64,000 nucleotides of DNA, taken from NCBI GenBank assembly GCA_017431745.1, contig JAFRKK010000003.1, positions 3,927-67,926 on the forward strand, in the 5' to 3' direction. Positions 37,495-46,732 of this stretch are shown piece by piece (positions within the stretch are counted from its first letter, which is position 1; each line of letters opens with the position of its first letter). The notes beneath the pieces were generated by a model. The model was not told the DNA's origin. It ran no database searches and worked only from the letters and a program-made list of their open reading frames with translations. This DNA is from Candidatus Saccharimonadota bacterium (GTDB lineage: Bacteria > Patescibacteriota > Saccharimonadia > Saccharimonadales > Saccharimonadaceae). The position numbers and the translations under genes were made by a program.

Positions 37495-37620
37495 AAGTTC
37501 GAATCGATCTGACGTTGAGAGAGATTCGAGCTGGGTGGAGAGTATGGAGCTATTTTGGCTAAATATTGTATAACCACCTAGAAATTTGTTTATAAAAGTC
37601 CGTCCTCGCACGGATTTTTA
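37495..37620 (+). ncRNA. Candidate small RNA with its own promoter and terminator
   Basis: TTGACA 37461-37466 and TGCTAAAAT 37480-37488; hairpins 37496-37532 and 37531-37581; terminator-like hairpin 37593-37620. No ORF. Confidence 0.45.
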
Positions 37621-37654
37621 TATTTTTAACGATAAGTATGATATAATAGTTAGT

Positions 37655-38689
37655 ATGAAATTATCCAGAAGAATCGATAAGATTCTGATTTCGGTGATAA
37701 TTGTTACTTTGGGGCTGATTTTTGGGTGTCTTTATAAGGTATATTCGACTGCTACTTATGCGGAGGGAGAGGAAGCGGTTGAAATGACGGGGGCGAAGTT
37801 TGTGACTTTTTATGATGGTGGTAAGAAATTGACGGTGCGAACAGAGGCAGACACGGTGAAAGATGCTTTGGCGCGAGCGGATGTTGTAATTAATGAGGGG
37901 GATATTGTGGATCCGGGATTAGAAACAGAGATAAATGCGGATAATTTTTACATTAATATTTATCGAGCACGGCCAGTGGTAGTACGTGATGGTGCGGTGG
38001 AAAAATATTTGATGTCGGCGAGTTATGACCCTGCGACGGTGGCTAGAGAGGGTGGCTTTACGATTTATGATGGAGATGAAATTGCGCTTGCGATGAATAC
38101 TGAATTCCTAGAAGCAGGGGTGGCGACTGTTTACCAGATTACGCGAAATGGTGGTCGGACAATAACAGTGGATGAGGAAATTGCATTTAATGAAGAGTTT
38201 GTGGAAGATGGAGCTTTGGCGGCGGGGAAAACTGAGGTACGTCAACTAGGCGAAGTGGGATTGATGCGAAGAAGTTATAATGTGAATTTTGTGGATGGAG
38301 TAGAGGTGACCAGGGAGCTGGTTTCGGAGGAAATGGTACGGGCGCCGATGCCGCGAATTACAGCAAGAGGTACGAAGGTGGAAATTGCAGCAGTAGCGGC
38401 GACGGGAACTTGTGCAGATTGGATTCGGGCAGCGGGAGTAGCTGAGGCGGACGTGCAGGCGGCCTTGTATTTGATTAATCATGAGAGTGGTTGTAGGTGG
38501 AATGCGCGGAACGCATCGTCGGGGGCTTACGGAATTCCACAGGCTTTGCCAGGGTCAAAAATGGCTTCGGCGGGGGCGGACTGGGAAACGAACCCGATTA
38601 CGCAGATTAAGTGGATGTCGGGATATGTGTCGCGGTATGGTGGTTGGCAAGGGGCGGTTAATTTCTGGAATGCGCATGGTTGGTACTAA
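37655..38689 (+). CDS. DUF348 + G5 + lytic transglycosylase-like (YabE/Rpf-like) cell-wall protein
   Basis: TM anchor, TVKDALARADV repeats, G5 domain (EVRQLGEVG...RELVSEEMVRAP), C-terminal INHESGCRWNARNASSGAYGIPQALPG. Confidence 0.85.
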   Translation: MKLSRRIDKILISVIIVTLGLIFGCLYKVYSTATYAEGEEAVEMTGAKFVTFYDGGKKLTVRTEADTVKDALARADVVINEGDIVDPGLETEINADNFYINIYRARPVVVRDGAVEKYLMSASYDPATVAREGGFTIYDGDEIALAMNTEFLEAGVATVYQITRNGGRTITVDEEIAFNEEFVEDGALAAGKTEVRQLGEVGLMRRSYNVNFVDGVEVTRELVSEEMVRAPMPRITARGTKVEIAAVAATGTCADWIRAAGVAEADVQAALYLINHESGCRWNARNASSGAYGIPQALPGSKMASAGADWETNPITQIKWMSGYVSRYGGWQGAVNFWNAHGWY

Positions 38690-38693
38690 ACTT

Positions 38694-38775
38694 AAACTCA
38701 CAATACCATCCTTCTCGGACACACTCAAGGCCGTTCGGCCAAGCTTACGGTCCTCGAAGGAGGTATTGTGAGTTT
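38694..38775. repeat. Short palindromic mini-element overlapping the rsmA RBS and start
   Basis: Perfect 14-bp arms AAACTCACAATACC/GGTATTGTGAGTTT. Core CTCGGACACACTCAAGG...AAGCTTACGGTCCTCG closely matches the 46655 copy. Confidence 0.9.
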
Positions 38776-39514
38776 GAATAATAATATCAAGCTAGGGCAG
38801 CATTGGTTGAAAAACCGAGATATCCTAAATGAAATTGCGGCTTTGGCTGGTGATGGAAAGTTATGTGTGGAGATTGGGCCGGGGCTAGGGTTTTTGACAT
38901 CGTCCCTACTTCGACGATTTAAAAATGTAATTGCGGTGGAATATGATGATAGACTGGCTTTGAATTTACCGAAGTCGTTTCCGGGGACTGGATTAGAGGT
39001 GGTGCACGGGGATTTTTTGGAGTATGATTTTGCTGGAGTTGATGCCCCTTATGCGATTGCAGGAAACATTCCATATTATATTACGTCGCCGATAATTGAG
39101 AAGGTACTAAGTTTAGAAGTTTTGCCGGAGCGAGTGGTTTTATTAATTCAGAAGGAAGTTGCGGAGCGCATTTTGTCGGATAAGGAGACGGTTTTGTCGC
39201 TGTTTGTGAAGAATAGGGCTCGAGTTTCAGCAGGGCCGGTAGTAAAGGCGGCTGAATTTACGCCTCCACCGAAGGTTGATTCGCAAGTAATTGTAATGGA
39301 GCCGCATGCGCCAGAAGTATCGGATGAAGTGTTTGATTTGATTCGGAAGGGATTTTTGGCGCCGAGGAAGAAATTAGTGCATAATTTGAGTGGACTAAAA
39401 CCACGAGATGACTTAATGCGGATTCTTGAATCTGTAGGTGTTTCGCCAGATGTTCGGCCAGGGGATTTGCACCTGGAGGATTGGGCTAAACTTTATCAAA
39501 AGATATATTCGTAA
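38768..39514 (+). CDS. rsmA: 16S rRNA adenine dimethyltransferase RsmA/KsgA
   Basis: LGQHWL, VEIGPGLG.LT, AVEYD, GNIPYYITSP, QKEVAERI, FTPPPKVDS. Confidence 0.96.
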   Translation: MSLNNNIKLGQHWLKNRDILNEIAALAGDGKLCVEIGPGLGFLTSSLLRRFKNVIAVEYDDRLALNLPKSFPGTGLEVVHGDFLEYDFAGVDAPYAIAGNIPYYITSPIIEKVLSLEVLPERVVLLIQKEVAERILSDKETVLSLFVKNRARVSAGPVVKAAEFTPPPKVDSQVIVMEPHAPEVSDEVFDLIRKGFLAPRKKLVHNLSGLKPRDDLMRILESVGVSPDVRPGDLHLEDWAKLYQKIYS

Positions 39515-39543
39515 AAAAGTTTAAATGATGATATAATGGGGGT

Positions 39544-40788
39544 ATGTTAGATGTGAAGTTTATCAGAGAAAATCTGGAACTCGTGGAAAAGTCTGCGAAA
39601 GAAAAAGGATACAAAATAAATATTGCTGAACTGTTAGAACTGGATGATAAGCGGAAGGCTGATTTGGCGGAAGTGGAGGAGTTAAGAAAGGCGCGAAACG
39701 AAACAGCGGCAAAGATGAAGGGCGGAAAGCCATCGCCAGAATTAATTGCAGAAGGAAAGCGCATCAAGGAAGAACTATCGGCAAAAGAACAGGCGCTTAC
39801 TTCATTGGAAACAGAGGTAAAAGAAGGTTTGAAAAAAGTACCGAATATTATCTTTGAGGATGTACCACTAGGTGGTGAGGAAGATTCAGTAGAGATTAAA
39901 AAATGGGGCGAAAACCACGAAACCGGAGTAGATCATTTGGATTATGCAGTGAGCCGGGATTGGGTTGATTTTGAACGTGGTGCGAAAGTGGCAGGTGCGA
40001 AGTTTTATTATTTGAAGGGTGGTTTGGCGTTCCTCGAGAACGCTTTGCTTCAATACGGTTTGGCTAAAGTTCAGGAGCATGGTTTTACTTATATGACGGT
40101 GCCAGATATGGTGTCATCGAGAATATTGGAGGGTTGCGGGTTTAATCCACGAAGCTCTGAGCAATCGGATGAGTATTTCATTGAAGGGGAAGATCTCGCG
40201 ATGATCGCGACGGCGGAGATGCCACTAACTGGTTATCACATGGATGAGATTATTGATGAAGATAAACTGCCCCTACTTTATGCTGGATATTCACCGTGTT
40301 TTAGGAAAGAAGCGGGGGCATATGGTAAATATACGCGGGGGCTATTTCGGGTGCATCAGTTTAATAAGCTAGAGATGTATATTTTCTGTTTGCCAGAGAA
40401 ATCGAAGGAGATGCACGAAAAATTGTTAGAAATTGAAGAAGATATTTGGCAAGGTTTGGGAGTGCCGTATCATATAGTGAATATTGCGGCAGGGGACCTT
40501 GGTGCGCCGGCGGCGAAGAAATATGATATGGAATACTGGTCGCCAGTTAATCAGAAATATCAGGAGATTACTTCGTGTTCGAACTGTACAGATTTCCAAG
40601 CGCGGGCAGTGAATTGTCGAGTGCGTCGAAAAGATGGAAGTGTGGAGTTTGTCCACACTTTGAATGGAACAGCGATTCCTTTGGCCAGAGCGCTAGTGGT
40701 AATGTTGGAAAACTTTGCGACTCCGGATGGAAAATTTAAGGTGCCGGAGGTATTGAGACCGTATTTAAATAATAAGGAGGAATTATAA
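39544..40788 (+). CDS. serS: Serine--tRNA ligase
   Basis: MLDVKFIR, IATAE, FRKEAG...RGLFRVHQFNKLE, EITSCSNCTDFQAR, HTLNGTA. Confidence 0.97.
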   Translation: MLDVKFIRENLELVEKSAKEKGYKINIAELLELDDKRKADLAEVEELRKARNETAAKMKGGKPSPELIAEGKRIKEELSAKEQALTSLETEVKEGLKKVPNIIFEDVPLGGEEDSVEIKKWGENHETGVDHLDYAVSRDWVDFERGAKVAGAKFYYLKGGLAFLENALLQYGLAKVQEHGFTYMTVPDMVSSRILEGCGFNPRSSEQSDEYFIEGEDLAMIATAEMPLTGYHMDEIIDEDKLPLLYAGYSPCFRKEAGAYGKYTRGLFRVHQFNKLEMYIFCLPEKSKEMHEKLLEIEEDIWQGLGVPYHIVNIAAGDLGAPAAKKYDMEYWSPVNQKYQEITSCSNCTDFQARAVNCRVRRKDGSVEFVHTLNGTAIPLARALVVMLENFATPDGKFKVPEVLRPYLNNKEEL

Positions 40789-41151
40789 ATGATTGAAAAA
40801 ATCGAAGTCAGCGGTAAGGGATATAAAGTTGAAGAGCCATTTAAAAAATACGTGATTAAACGATTATCGAAGCTGGATCGGTATTTGCCGCGACGAGCGA
40901 AAAAAGATGTATCGGCAAAAGTGATGGTGACAGAAATTGGCAAAGGTAAAACAGAGAAATATGAGATTTCGGCGGCACTTGATGTGAAGGGAGGAAAAGT
41001 TTTAGCAGCGAAAGATGAGTGCTCGAATGTGTTTGCGGGGGTTGACCTCGTAGAGGCAAAGTTGACTGGTCAGATTCGGCGATATAAGCTTGAAATGCAA
41101 CCACATCGTCAGCGGAAAAGCTTGAAAAACCTCTTTATTAAGCGCAAGTAA
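40789..41151 (+). CDS. hpf: Ribosome hibernation factor (HPF/RaiA)
   Basis: IEVSGKG...YVIKRLSKLDRY...AKDECSNVFAGVDLVEAKLTGQIRRYK. Confidence 0.85.
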   Translation: MIEKIEVSGKGYKVEEPFKKYVIKRLSKLDRYLPRRAKKDVSAKVMVTEIGKGKTEKYEISAALDVKGGKVLAAKDECSNVFAGVDLVEAKLTGQIRRYKLEMQPHRQRKSLKNLFIKRK

Positions 41152-41191
41152 TGTGATATAATGGGGTGAATATTTAGGAGTTTTAATTTGT

Positions 41192-43945
41192 ATGGCCAAA
41201 AAAGAAAAAAAGCCAAGTGATAAATTGGCGGATAAGACTGCGCTTACGAAATTTTTGCAGGGCGTGTTTGGTGATGCGCAAAAGCGAGTTTTAAAAAGGC
41301 TTTGGAAAAAGGCGCAAGAAATTACTAAGCTGGAGCCAAAATATGAGAAAATGTCGGACGAGGAGCTAAGGAAGCAGACGGAGATTTTTAAACAAAAAAT
41401 CAGCAGAGCTTTGAAGACGGCACAAGCGGAAGAAGGAAACAGCAAGTCTGGTAAAAAACGTCCGCCAGTAGATGATACGAAGATTTTGAATGAGATTTTG
41501 CCGGATGCTTTTGCAGTGGCACGGGAAGCATCGAAACGGGTTTTGGGCCTGAGGCCATACGACGTACAGTTGATTGGTGGAATGGTATTACATGAGGGCG
41601 CAGTGGCAGAGATGAAGACTGGCGAAGGTAAAACGCTTGTCGCAATGTTGCCAGCATACCTCAATGGTTTGACTGGGCGTGGGGTACATGTGGTGACGGT
41701 GAACGACTATTTGGCACAGCGGGATGCGGGTTGGAATGGGCCAATTTATGATTTTCTAGGTTTGACCGTAGGTGTGATTATCAATGAAGCATCGTTTATT
41801 TATGATGCAGAATATGAAAATGACGAGCATGACGATGAAAGGTTTTTACATTTAAAGCCTTGTACTAGGAAGGAAGCTTACGAAGCAGATATCACTTATG
41901 GGACAAATAATGAATTTGGATTTGACTATTTGCGCGACAACATGACCTCAGAAGTGCAATATTTGCGTCAGCGAGAACTGAATTTTGCAATTGTGGATGA
42001 GGTGGATTCGATTTTGATTGATGAGGCAAGAACACCTCTCATTATTTCGGCGCCGGCGGGAGATAATCCGGAACAGTATTACCAATTCGCGAAGGTAGCA
42101 TCACGGTTGACGCCAGAAGATTACATCTTTGATGAAAAACGGCGTTCGGTGACTTTGACAGATAAGGGAATTGAAAAAGTTCAGAAAATTTTAGGGGTAG
42201 AAAACATTTATTCGACTAAAAATACGCCTTTGGTTTATCATCTTGAGCAAGCGATTCGAGCGGAAGTGGTGTTTAAGCGTGACAAAGATTATGTGGTGAC
42301 AAATTCGGGTGAAGTAATTATCGTAGATGAGCATACCGGGCGGTTGATGCAGGGGCGGCGTTATAACGAGGGGCTACACCAGGCGATTGAGGCAAAGGAA
42401 GGGGTGGCGGTTAAGCAAGAGTCGATGACGCTCGCGACGATTTCGTTCCAGAACTTTTTCCGGTTGTACAAAAAGTTGTCCGGGATGACTGGTACGGCGT
42501 TTACGGAAGCGGAGGAATTTCGGCAGATTTATGCCCTAGAAGTAATTCAGATTCCACCGAATAAGCCGATTGTCCGGGTGGATAAGGATGATTTGATTTA
42601 CAAAACGAAGGCTGCGAAGCTAAAAGCAATTGCGGAAGAAATTAAAAAGTATCATGAAAAAGGTCAGCCGGTGTTGGTGGGTTCGGATTCGATTGCGAAT
42701 AATGAGGAAATTGCAGCTTATTTGGAACAATACGGATTGCCATATGAGATTTTGAACGCGAAAAACAATGAGCGGGAGGCGGCGATTATTGCGAAGGCTG
42801 GAGAAAAGGGTGCGATTACACTTGCTACCAATATGGCTGGACGTGGTACGGATATTAAACTTGGCGAAGGAGTGAAGGATTTAGGTGGCTTGGTAGTGAT
42901 TGGTTCAGCACGGCACGATTCAAGGCGGGTGGATAATCAGCTTCGTGGTCGAGGTGGCCGACAAGGTGACCCGGGGACAACGCAATTCTTTGTAAGCTGT
43001 GAAGATGATTTGATGCGAATTTTCCAGGGCGATAGAGTAAAAATGTTGATGACAAGACTTGGTGTGGATGAGGACATGCCAATTCAGACGCGTTCGATTT
43101 CAAAGACCTTGGAGGCGGCACAGAAACGGATTGAAGGGTTTAACTTTGATTCGCGGAAGAATGTGGTACAGTACGATAACGTGATTAATCGACATCGGCG
43201 AGTGGTTTATGCGATGCGGCGACGGATTTTGATGGGCGATGACATTTATCCGGAGATTAAGCGGTTAATGCGTGAAGAAACTAAGATGTTGACGGAGTTT
43301 TCATCGCGAGTAAATAAAAAATTTGACGCAGAATTTAAGGCGGCATTCCCGACTTTTGATGACGAATTAATTCATGGGATTGGTTTGGTGCGCAAGGAAA
43401 AAGACCGGGAAAAGATGGCACTTGAGGCGGTAGAAGAAGCCTACAGGGTTCAAGAAGAGAAATTTGGCGCAGAAACGATGCGAAAGATTGAACGCGAAGT
43501 TTATCTAAAGGTGCTTGATACTTTGTGGATGCAGCATCTTGAGAATATGCAACATTTGCGTGAGGGGATTCACTGGCGTTCAGTGGGTCAGAGAGATCCT
43601 TTAGTGGAATATCGTTCAGAATCGCAAAAGCTATTTGATGGTTTGCAGAGGAATTTGCGAGAAGAGGTTTTGAAGATTTTGCTGACAATTACTCCGGCGG
43701 AGGCTGCGGCTGATGATGTGACGGACGGTGAGGAATATGAATCTGAACTGACCAAGATGGCAGAGTCACAAACTGAACGAGGGGTGAATGAAATTTCGAA
43801 GGGTGAGAAGAATTTGGATAGTGAATTTAAGAAAAAATCTTCCGGTAAGGCAGTGCCAAAAAGGACGTCTAGTAGGAAATCTGGGTCGAAAGCCAAAAAG
43901 TCGAAAGCTAAGAAGAAAAAGAAGGCTAATCGCAAGAAGAAATAG
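41192..43945 (+). CDS. secA: Protein translocase subunit SecA
   Basis: EMKTGEGKT, VTVNDYLA, IVDEVDSILIDEARTPLIIS, ATNMAGRGTDI, QLRGRGGRQGDPG, QRDPLVEY. Lys-rich tail with no CxC zinc motif. Confidence 0.98.
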   Translation: MAKKEKKPSDKLADKTALTKFLQGVFGDAQKRVLKRLWKKAQEITKLEPKYEKMSDEELRKQTEIFKQKISRALKTAQAEEGNSKSGKKRPPVDDTKILNEILPDAFAVAREASKRVLGLRPYDVQLIGGMVLHEGAVAEMKTGEGKTLVAMLPAYLNGLTGRGVHVVTVNDYLAQRDAGWNGPIYDFLGLTVGVIINEASFIYDAEYENDEHDDERFLHLKPCTRKEAYEADITYGTNNEFGFDYLRDNMTSEVQYLRQRELNFAIVDEVDSILIDEARTPLIISAPAGDNPEQYYQFAKVASRLTPEDYIFDEKRRSVTLTDKGIEKVQKILGVENIYSTKNTPLVYHLEQAIRAEVVFKRDKDYVVTNSGEVIIVDEHTGRLMQGRRYNEGLHQAIEAKEGVAVKQESMTLATISFQNFFRLYKKLSGMTGTAFTEAEEFRQIYALEVIQIPPNKPIVRVDKDDLIYKTKAAKLKAIAEEIKKYHEKGQPVLVGSDSIANNEEIAAYLEQYGLPYEILNAKNNEREAAIIAKAGEKGAITLATNMAGRGTDIKLGEGVKDLGGLVVIGSARHDSRRVDNQLRGRGGRQGDPGTTQFFVSCEDDLMRIFQGDRVKMLMTRLGVDEDMPIQTRSISKTLEAAQKRIEGFNFDSRKNVVQYDNVINRHRRVVYAMRRRILMGDDIYPEIKRLMREETKMLTEFSSRVNKKFDAEFKAAFPTFDDELIHGIGLVRKEKDREKMALEAVEEAYRVQEEKFGAETMRKIEREVYLKVLDTLWMQHLENMQHLREGIHWRSVGQRDPLVEYRSESQKLFDGLQRNLREEVLKILLTITPAEAAADDVTDGEEYESELTKMAESQTERGVNEISKGEKNLDSEFKKKSSGKAVPKRTSSRKSGSKAKKSKAKKKKKANRKKK

Positions 43946-44002
43946 CCCTAAGACTATAATATTATACAATGATTATGTTTATTTGTCAACTCTAGGAGGT
44001 AA

Positions 44003-45274
44003 ATGAAACATTCAGTCGAGGAAATCACACTAAAGAATGGGGCGAAGGGGCTGTTTATTGATATTCCGGGAGCTTCTGTGATGTCGACTCGAATTCAATT
44101 TAGAGCGGGGATGCTTTATGCGAAAAATAAATATGTGTATGAGATTCCACACGTGGTGGAACATTTAGCTTTTGGGGCAAATGCAAAATATCGGGATGAA
44201 CAGGCTTTTGAGGCAGAATTTACTAAAAATGGGGCATATCACAATGCGTGGACTTCGGATATATCGGTGTGTTATGAGACGGAATGTGCGGATTTTGAGT
44301 GGGAAAGAATTATGGAGCTTCAGCAGGTGTCGATTTGCGAGCCGAGATTTAATGAGGAAGAATTAAAGTCAGAGAAGGCTAATGTAAAATCTGAACTTAC
44401 CGGCTACATGAATGATTATTATCGGTTGCTTTGGCCGCGAGTACAGCAGGCGGTGGGTGAAGAGGTGCTTGATTTATCGCAAAGGCGAGAAACGATAGCG
44501 AATATTGACCTAAAGGATATTCGAGAGCATTATCGGAGAACTCATACTGCGAAAAATATGCGGTTCATTATTGCTGGGCGTTTGAAGGGGCGAAAGCACA
44601 AATTGGTGAAAATGTTGGAAGCGTGGAATTTGAAAGAAGGAAAGGAATTTGACATTCCTTTGGTTGAATTGCACTCTTCAGAGGCAGTGTCAATTCGTCG
44701 AAAGGATGCGTCGAATATTACGTTTGGATTTTCGCTAGTGACGCCACGACACTTGGAGCCTTCGGAGGTGTTTGCGATGAATTGTTTGAACCATATTTTG
44801 AACGGAACGACTAATTCGAAGATTTTTGGGGCGGCCAGGAAGCGGGGGTTGGTGTATGGGATGGGCTCCTCAATTGCTTCAAATGCGCACAATTCGTATT
44901 GGGATTTTGACGGGGAAGTAAATATTGAAAATGCAGAGGAGTTGTTTGAGCTTATTCAAACGGAATTAATGAAGACGCTAAATAGCGAGATACTGGATAT
45001 GGATTTTTTGGCGGCAAAATCTTATGCGATGGGTAGATTCCAGATGGGGGCGCAAACGGTGGGACAAATCGCGGATTATTATGCTGACGGATTCTTTACT
45101 AATGGGACGATTGAAAAATATGATAATATGCCAAACCTCATTAAATCGATTGATAAGTTTAAGATGATTGAGTTAGCGCGTGAATTTGCAGGTTCAGGTA
45201 TAAAGGGGTTTGCGGCGGTGTCATCTGTTGAGAAAGCGTTTATTTCTGAATTAGAGAATAGATTGAACTTCTAA
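44003..45274 (+). CDS. M16 family zinc peptidase
   Basis: Inverted zincin motif HVVEH, NAWTS, EELKSEKANVKSE, RKRGLVY. Confidence 0.88.
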   Translation: MKHSVEEITLKNGAKGLFIDIPGASVMSTRIQFRAGMLYAKNKYVYEIPHVVEHLAFGANAKYRDEQAFEAEFTKNGAYHNAWTSDISVCYETECADFEWERIMELQQVSICEPRFNEEELKSEKANVKSELTGYMNDYYRLLWPRVQQAVGEEVLDLSQRRETIANIDLKDIREHYRRTHTAKNMRFIIAGRLKGRKHKLVKMLEAWNLKEGKEFDIPLVELHSSEAVSIRRKDASNITFGFSLVTPRHLEPSEVFAMNCLNHILNGTTNSKIFGAARKRGLVYGMGSSIASNAHNSYWDFDGEVNIENAEELFELIQTELMKTLNSEILDMDFLAAKSYAMGRFQMGAQTVGQIADYYADGFFTNGTIEKYDNMPNLIKSIDKFKMIELAREFAGSGIKGFAAVSSVEKAFISELENRLNF

Positions 45275-45433
45275 TAAATAAATTATAAGTTGATTCACTC
45301 ACGTCAAGTAATTCTTGATGATTTTTTAAACGGAAATTTTCGCGTCTTGCCTACGTCGCGCTGCAAAAATTTCCTAAAGACCACCAAGAATTACTTGGTT
45401 CGTTCAAGACTTACAATTTATTTATTAGAAGTT
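45266..45433. repeat. 168-bp imperfect palindrome spanning both stop codons of the convergent M16 peptidase and murD genes
   Basis: Perfect 19-bp arms at 45266-45284 and 45415-45433; inner arms CAAGTAATTCTTG/CAAGAATTACTTG and GGAAATTTT/AAAATTTCC. Confidence 0.92.
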
Positions 45434-46634
45434 TAAATTGATTCCCTCGGTCGTAGACGTTTTCGAACATGTCGAAAGAGGCGGCGGCGGGGGACATGAC
45501 TATGATAGACGGGGACATGCTTTCGGCTTCGGATTTGGCGGTGCTGATTGCTTCATTGAGCGATTCAGCTAGGATGAATCTGTCGTCTTGATATTTTTTG
45601 GTTAGTTCGTGGCCGGATTCGCCGATGAGGACGATTTTTTTGACTTGGGGAGCCTGCAGAATCTCGTAGATTTCAGGGAGATCTTCGTAATTGGTTTTGT
45701 CGCGACCACCGAGGATAACTACTAGGTTGTCATTTGGGAAGGCGTTGATTGCAACGCGAGTTGAGGATGGATTGGTTGAGAAATTGTCGTCGTAATATTT
45801 AACGCCGTTGATTTCACGGAGGTATTCGAGGCGATGGGGGAGACCTTTGAAGTTTTTGAGACCTTCTATGATGGTGGCTTGATGGTCCTTCAAATATTCA
45901 TCTGGTGATATATTTAAGAGACAGGAAACTGCGGAAATAGCGGCGATAGCGTTGTTTTCATTGTGAACGCCAGGTAGAGTGATAGCGTTTTTTACCTCTG
46001 TTGGGATGGTGAATGGATAGGGGATTTTCTGGGCTTTTGAGGTGTCTGCGATTTTGGTGGTTTCGGGGTTTTCCTTGAAGTAAATGAGGTAATCATCTGG
46101 GGTTTGGTATTTGGTGATATTGGCCTTGGCATTTAGGTAATCAGCGTAGTCTTTATGAATGTTGAGATGATCGGGCTCTAATTGTCCGAGAATGGCGATA
46201 TGAGGAGATTTGGTGACGTCCCAGAGTTGAAAACTAGATAATTCATAGACTACAACAGAGGTAGGTTTGAGCTCATCTAGGATATCAATAGCAGGGTTGC
46301 CGATGTTGCCGACAAGATAGGAATCTTGGCCTTCGGCATCAAGAAGAGCTTTGATAAACGAGCAAGTGGTGCCTTTGCCTTTGGTGGCGGTGACGCCAAT
46401 AATTGGGCAAGGACAGTGGTCAAAAAAGTATTTAGTGAGGCTGGATTCGTTTTTTAGCCCCAGGGGTGGGACGCTGGGGCTTCGCAAAATTATATCATAG
46501 GATGAATAATCCTTGTTTATTATTTCGTTGTAGGTGAAATCTTCAAAAACATCGATTTCAGCGTTAAATTTGTCCTTGAAATATTTTTCGGCAGATTTGC
46601 CTTCTTTGCCGTAACCGAGCAATGCTATTCTCAT
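45411..46634 (-). CDS. murD: UDP-N-acetylmuramoyl-L-alanine--D-glutamate ligase
   Basis: LLGYGKEG, GVTATKGKGTT, GNIG, ELSSFQL, DHLNIH, GLPHRLE, DDNFSTN, SPAAASFDMF...RG. Confidence 0.96.
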   Translation of the reverse strand: MRIALLGYGKEGKSAEKYFKDKFNAEIDVFEDFTYNEIINKDYSSYDIILRSPSVPPLGLKNESSLTKYFFDHCPCPIIGVTATKGKGTTCSFIKALLDAEGQDSYLVGNIGNPAIDILDELKPTSVVVYELSSFQLWDVTKSPHIAILGQLEPDHLNIHKDYADYLNAKANITKYQTPDDYLIYFKENPETTKIADTSKAQKIPYPFTIPTEVKNAITLPGVHNENNAIAAISAVSCLLNISPDEYLKDHQATIIEGLKNFKGLPHRLEYLREINGVKYYDDNFSTNPSSTRVAINAFPNDNLVVILGGRDKTNYEDLPEIYEILQAPQVKKIVLIGESGHELTKKYQDDRFILAESLNEAISTAKSEAESMSPSIIVMSPAAASFDMFENVYDRGNQFKLLINKL

Positions 46635-46654
46635 AAACTCAATTATACCATAGG

Positions 46655-46732
46655 GCGCGAAAAATATCTCCTTCGGACACGCTCAAGGGCGCTCGCCCAA
46701 GCCTACGGTCCTCAGGAGATAATTTTTCGCGC
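46655..46732. repeat. Short palindromic mini-element overlapping the dus stop codon
   Basis: Arms GCGCGAAAAA-TATCTCCT / AGGAGATA-A-TTTTTCGCGC; core TTCGGACACGCTCAAGG...AAGCCTACGGTCCTCAGG. Confidence 0.9.

Noticed and set aside
37495-37620. SRP RNA, T-box or c-di-AMP riboswitch identity for the ncRNA candidates
   Set aside because: Hallmark sequences (SRP CAGG..GGAAGGAAGCAG loop, T-box TGGTACC/GGTGG antiterminator context, ydaO motifs) were not found, so these are left unassigned.
41002-41664. 220-aa antisense ORF, and similar shadows (34662-35432, 16124-16753, 56281-56826, 13264-13776)
   Set aside because: They lie entirely opposite well-conserved genes, have no RBS or promoter, and show no recognisable domain.
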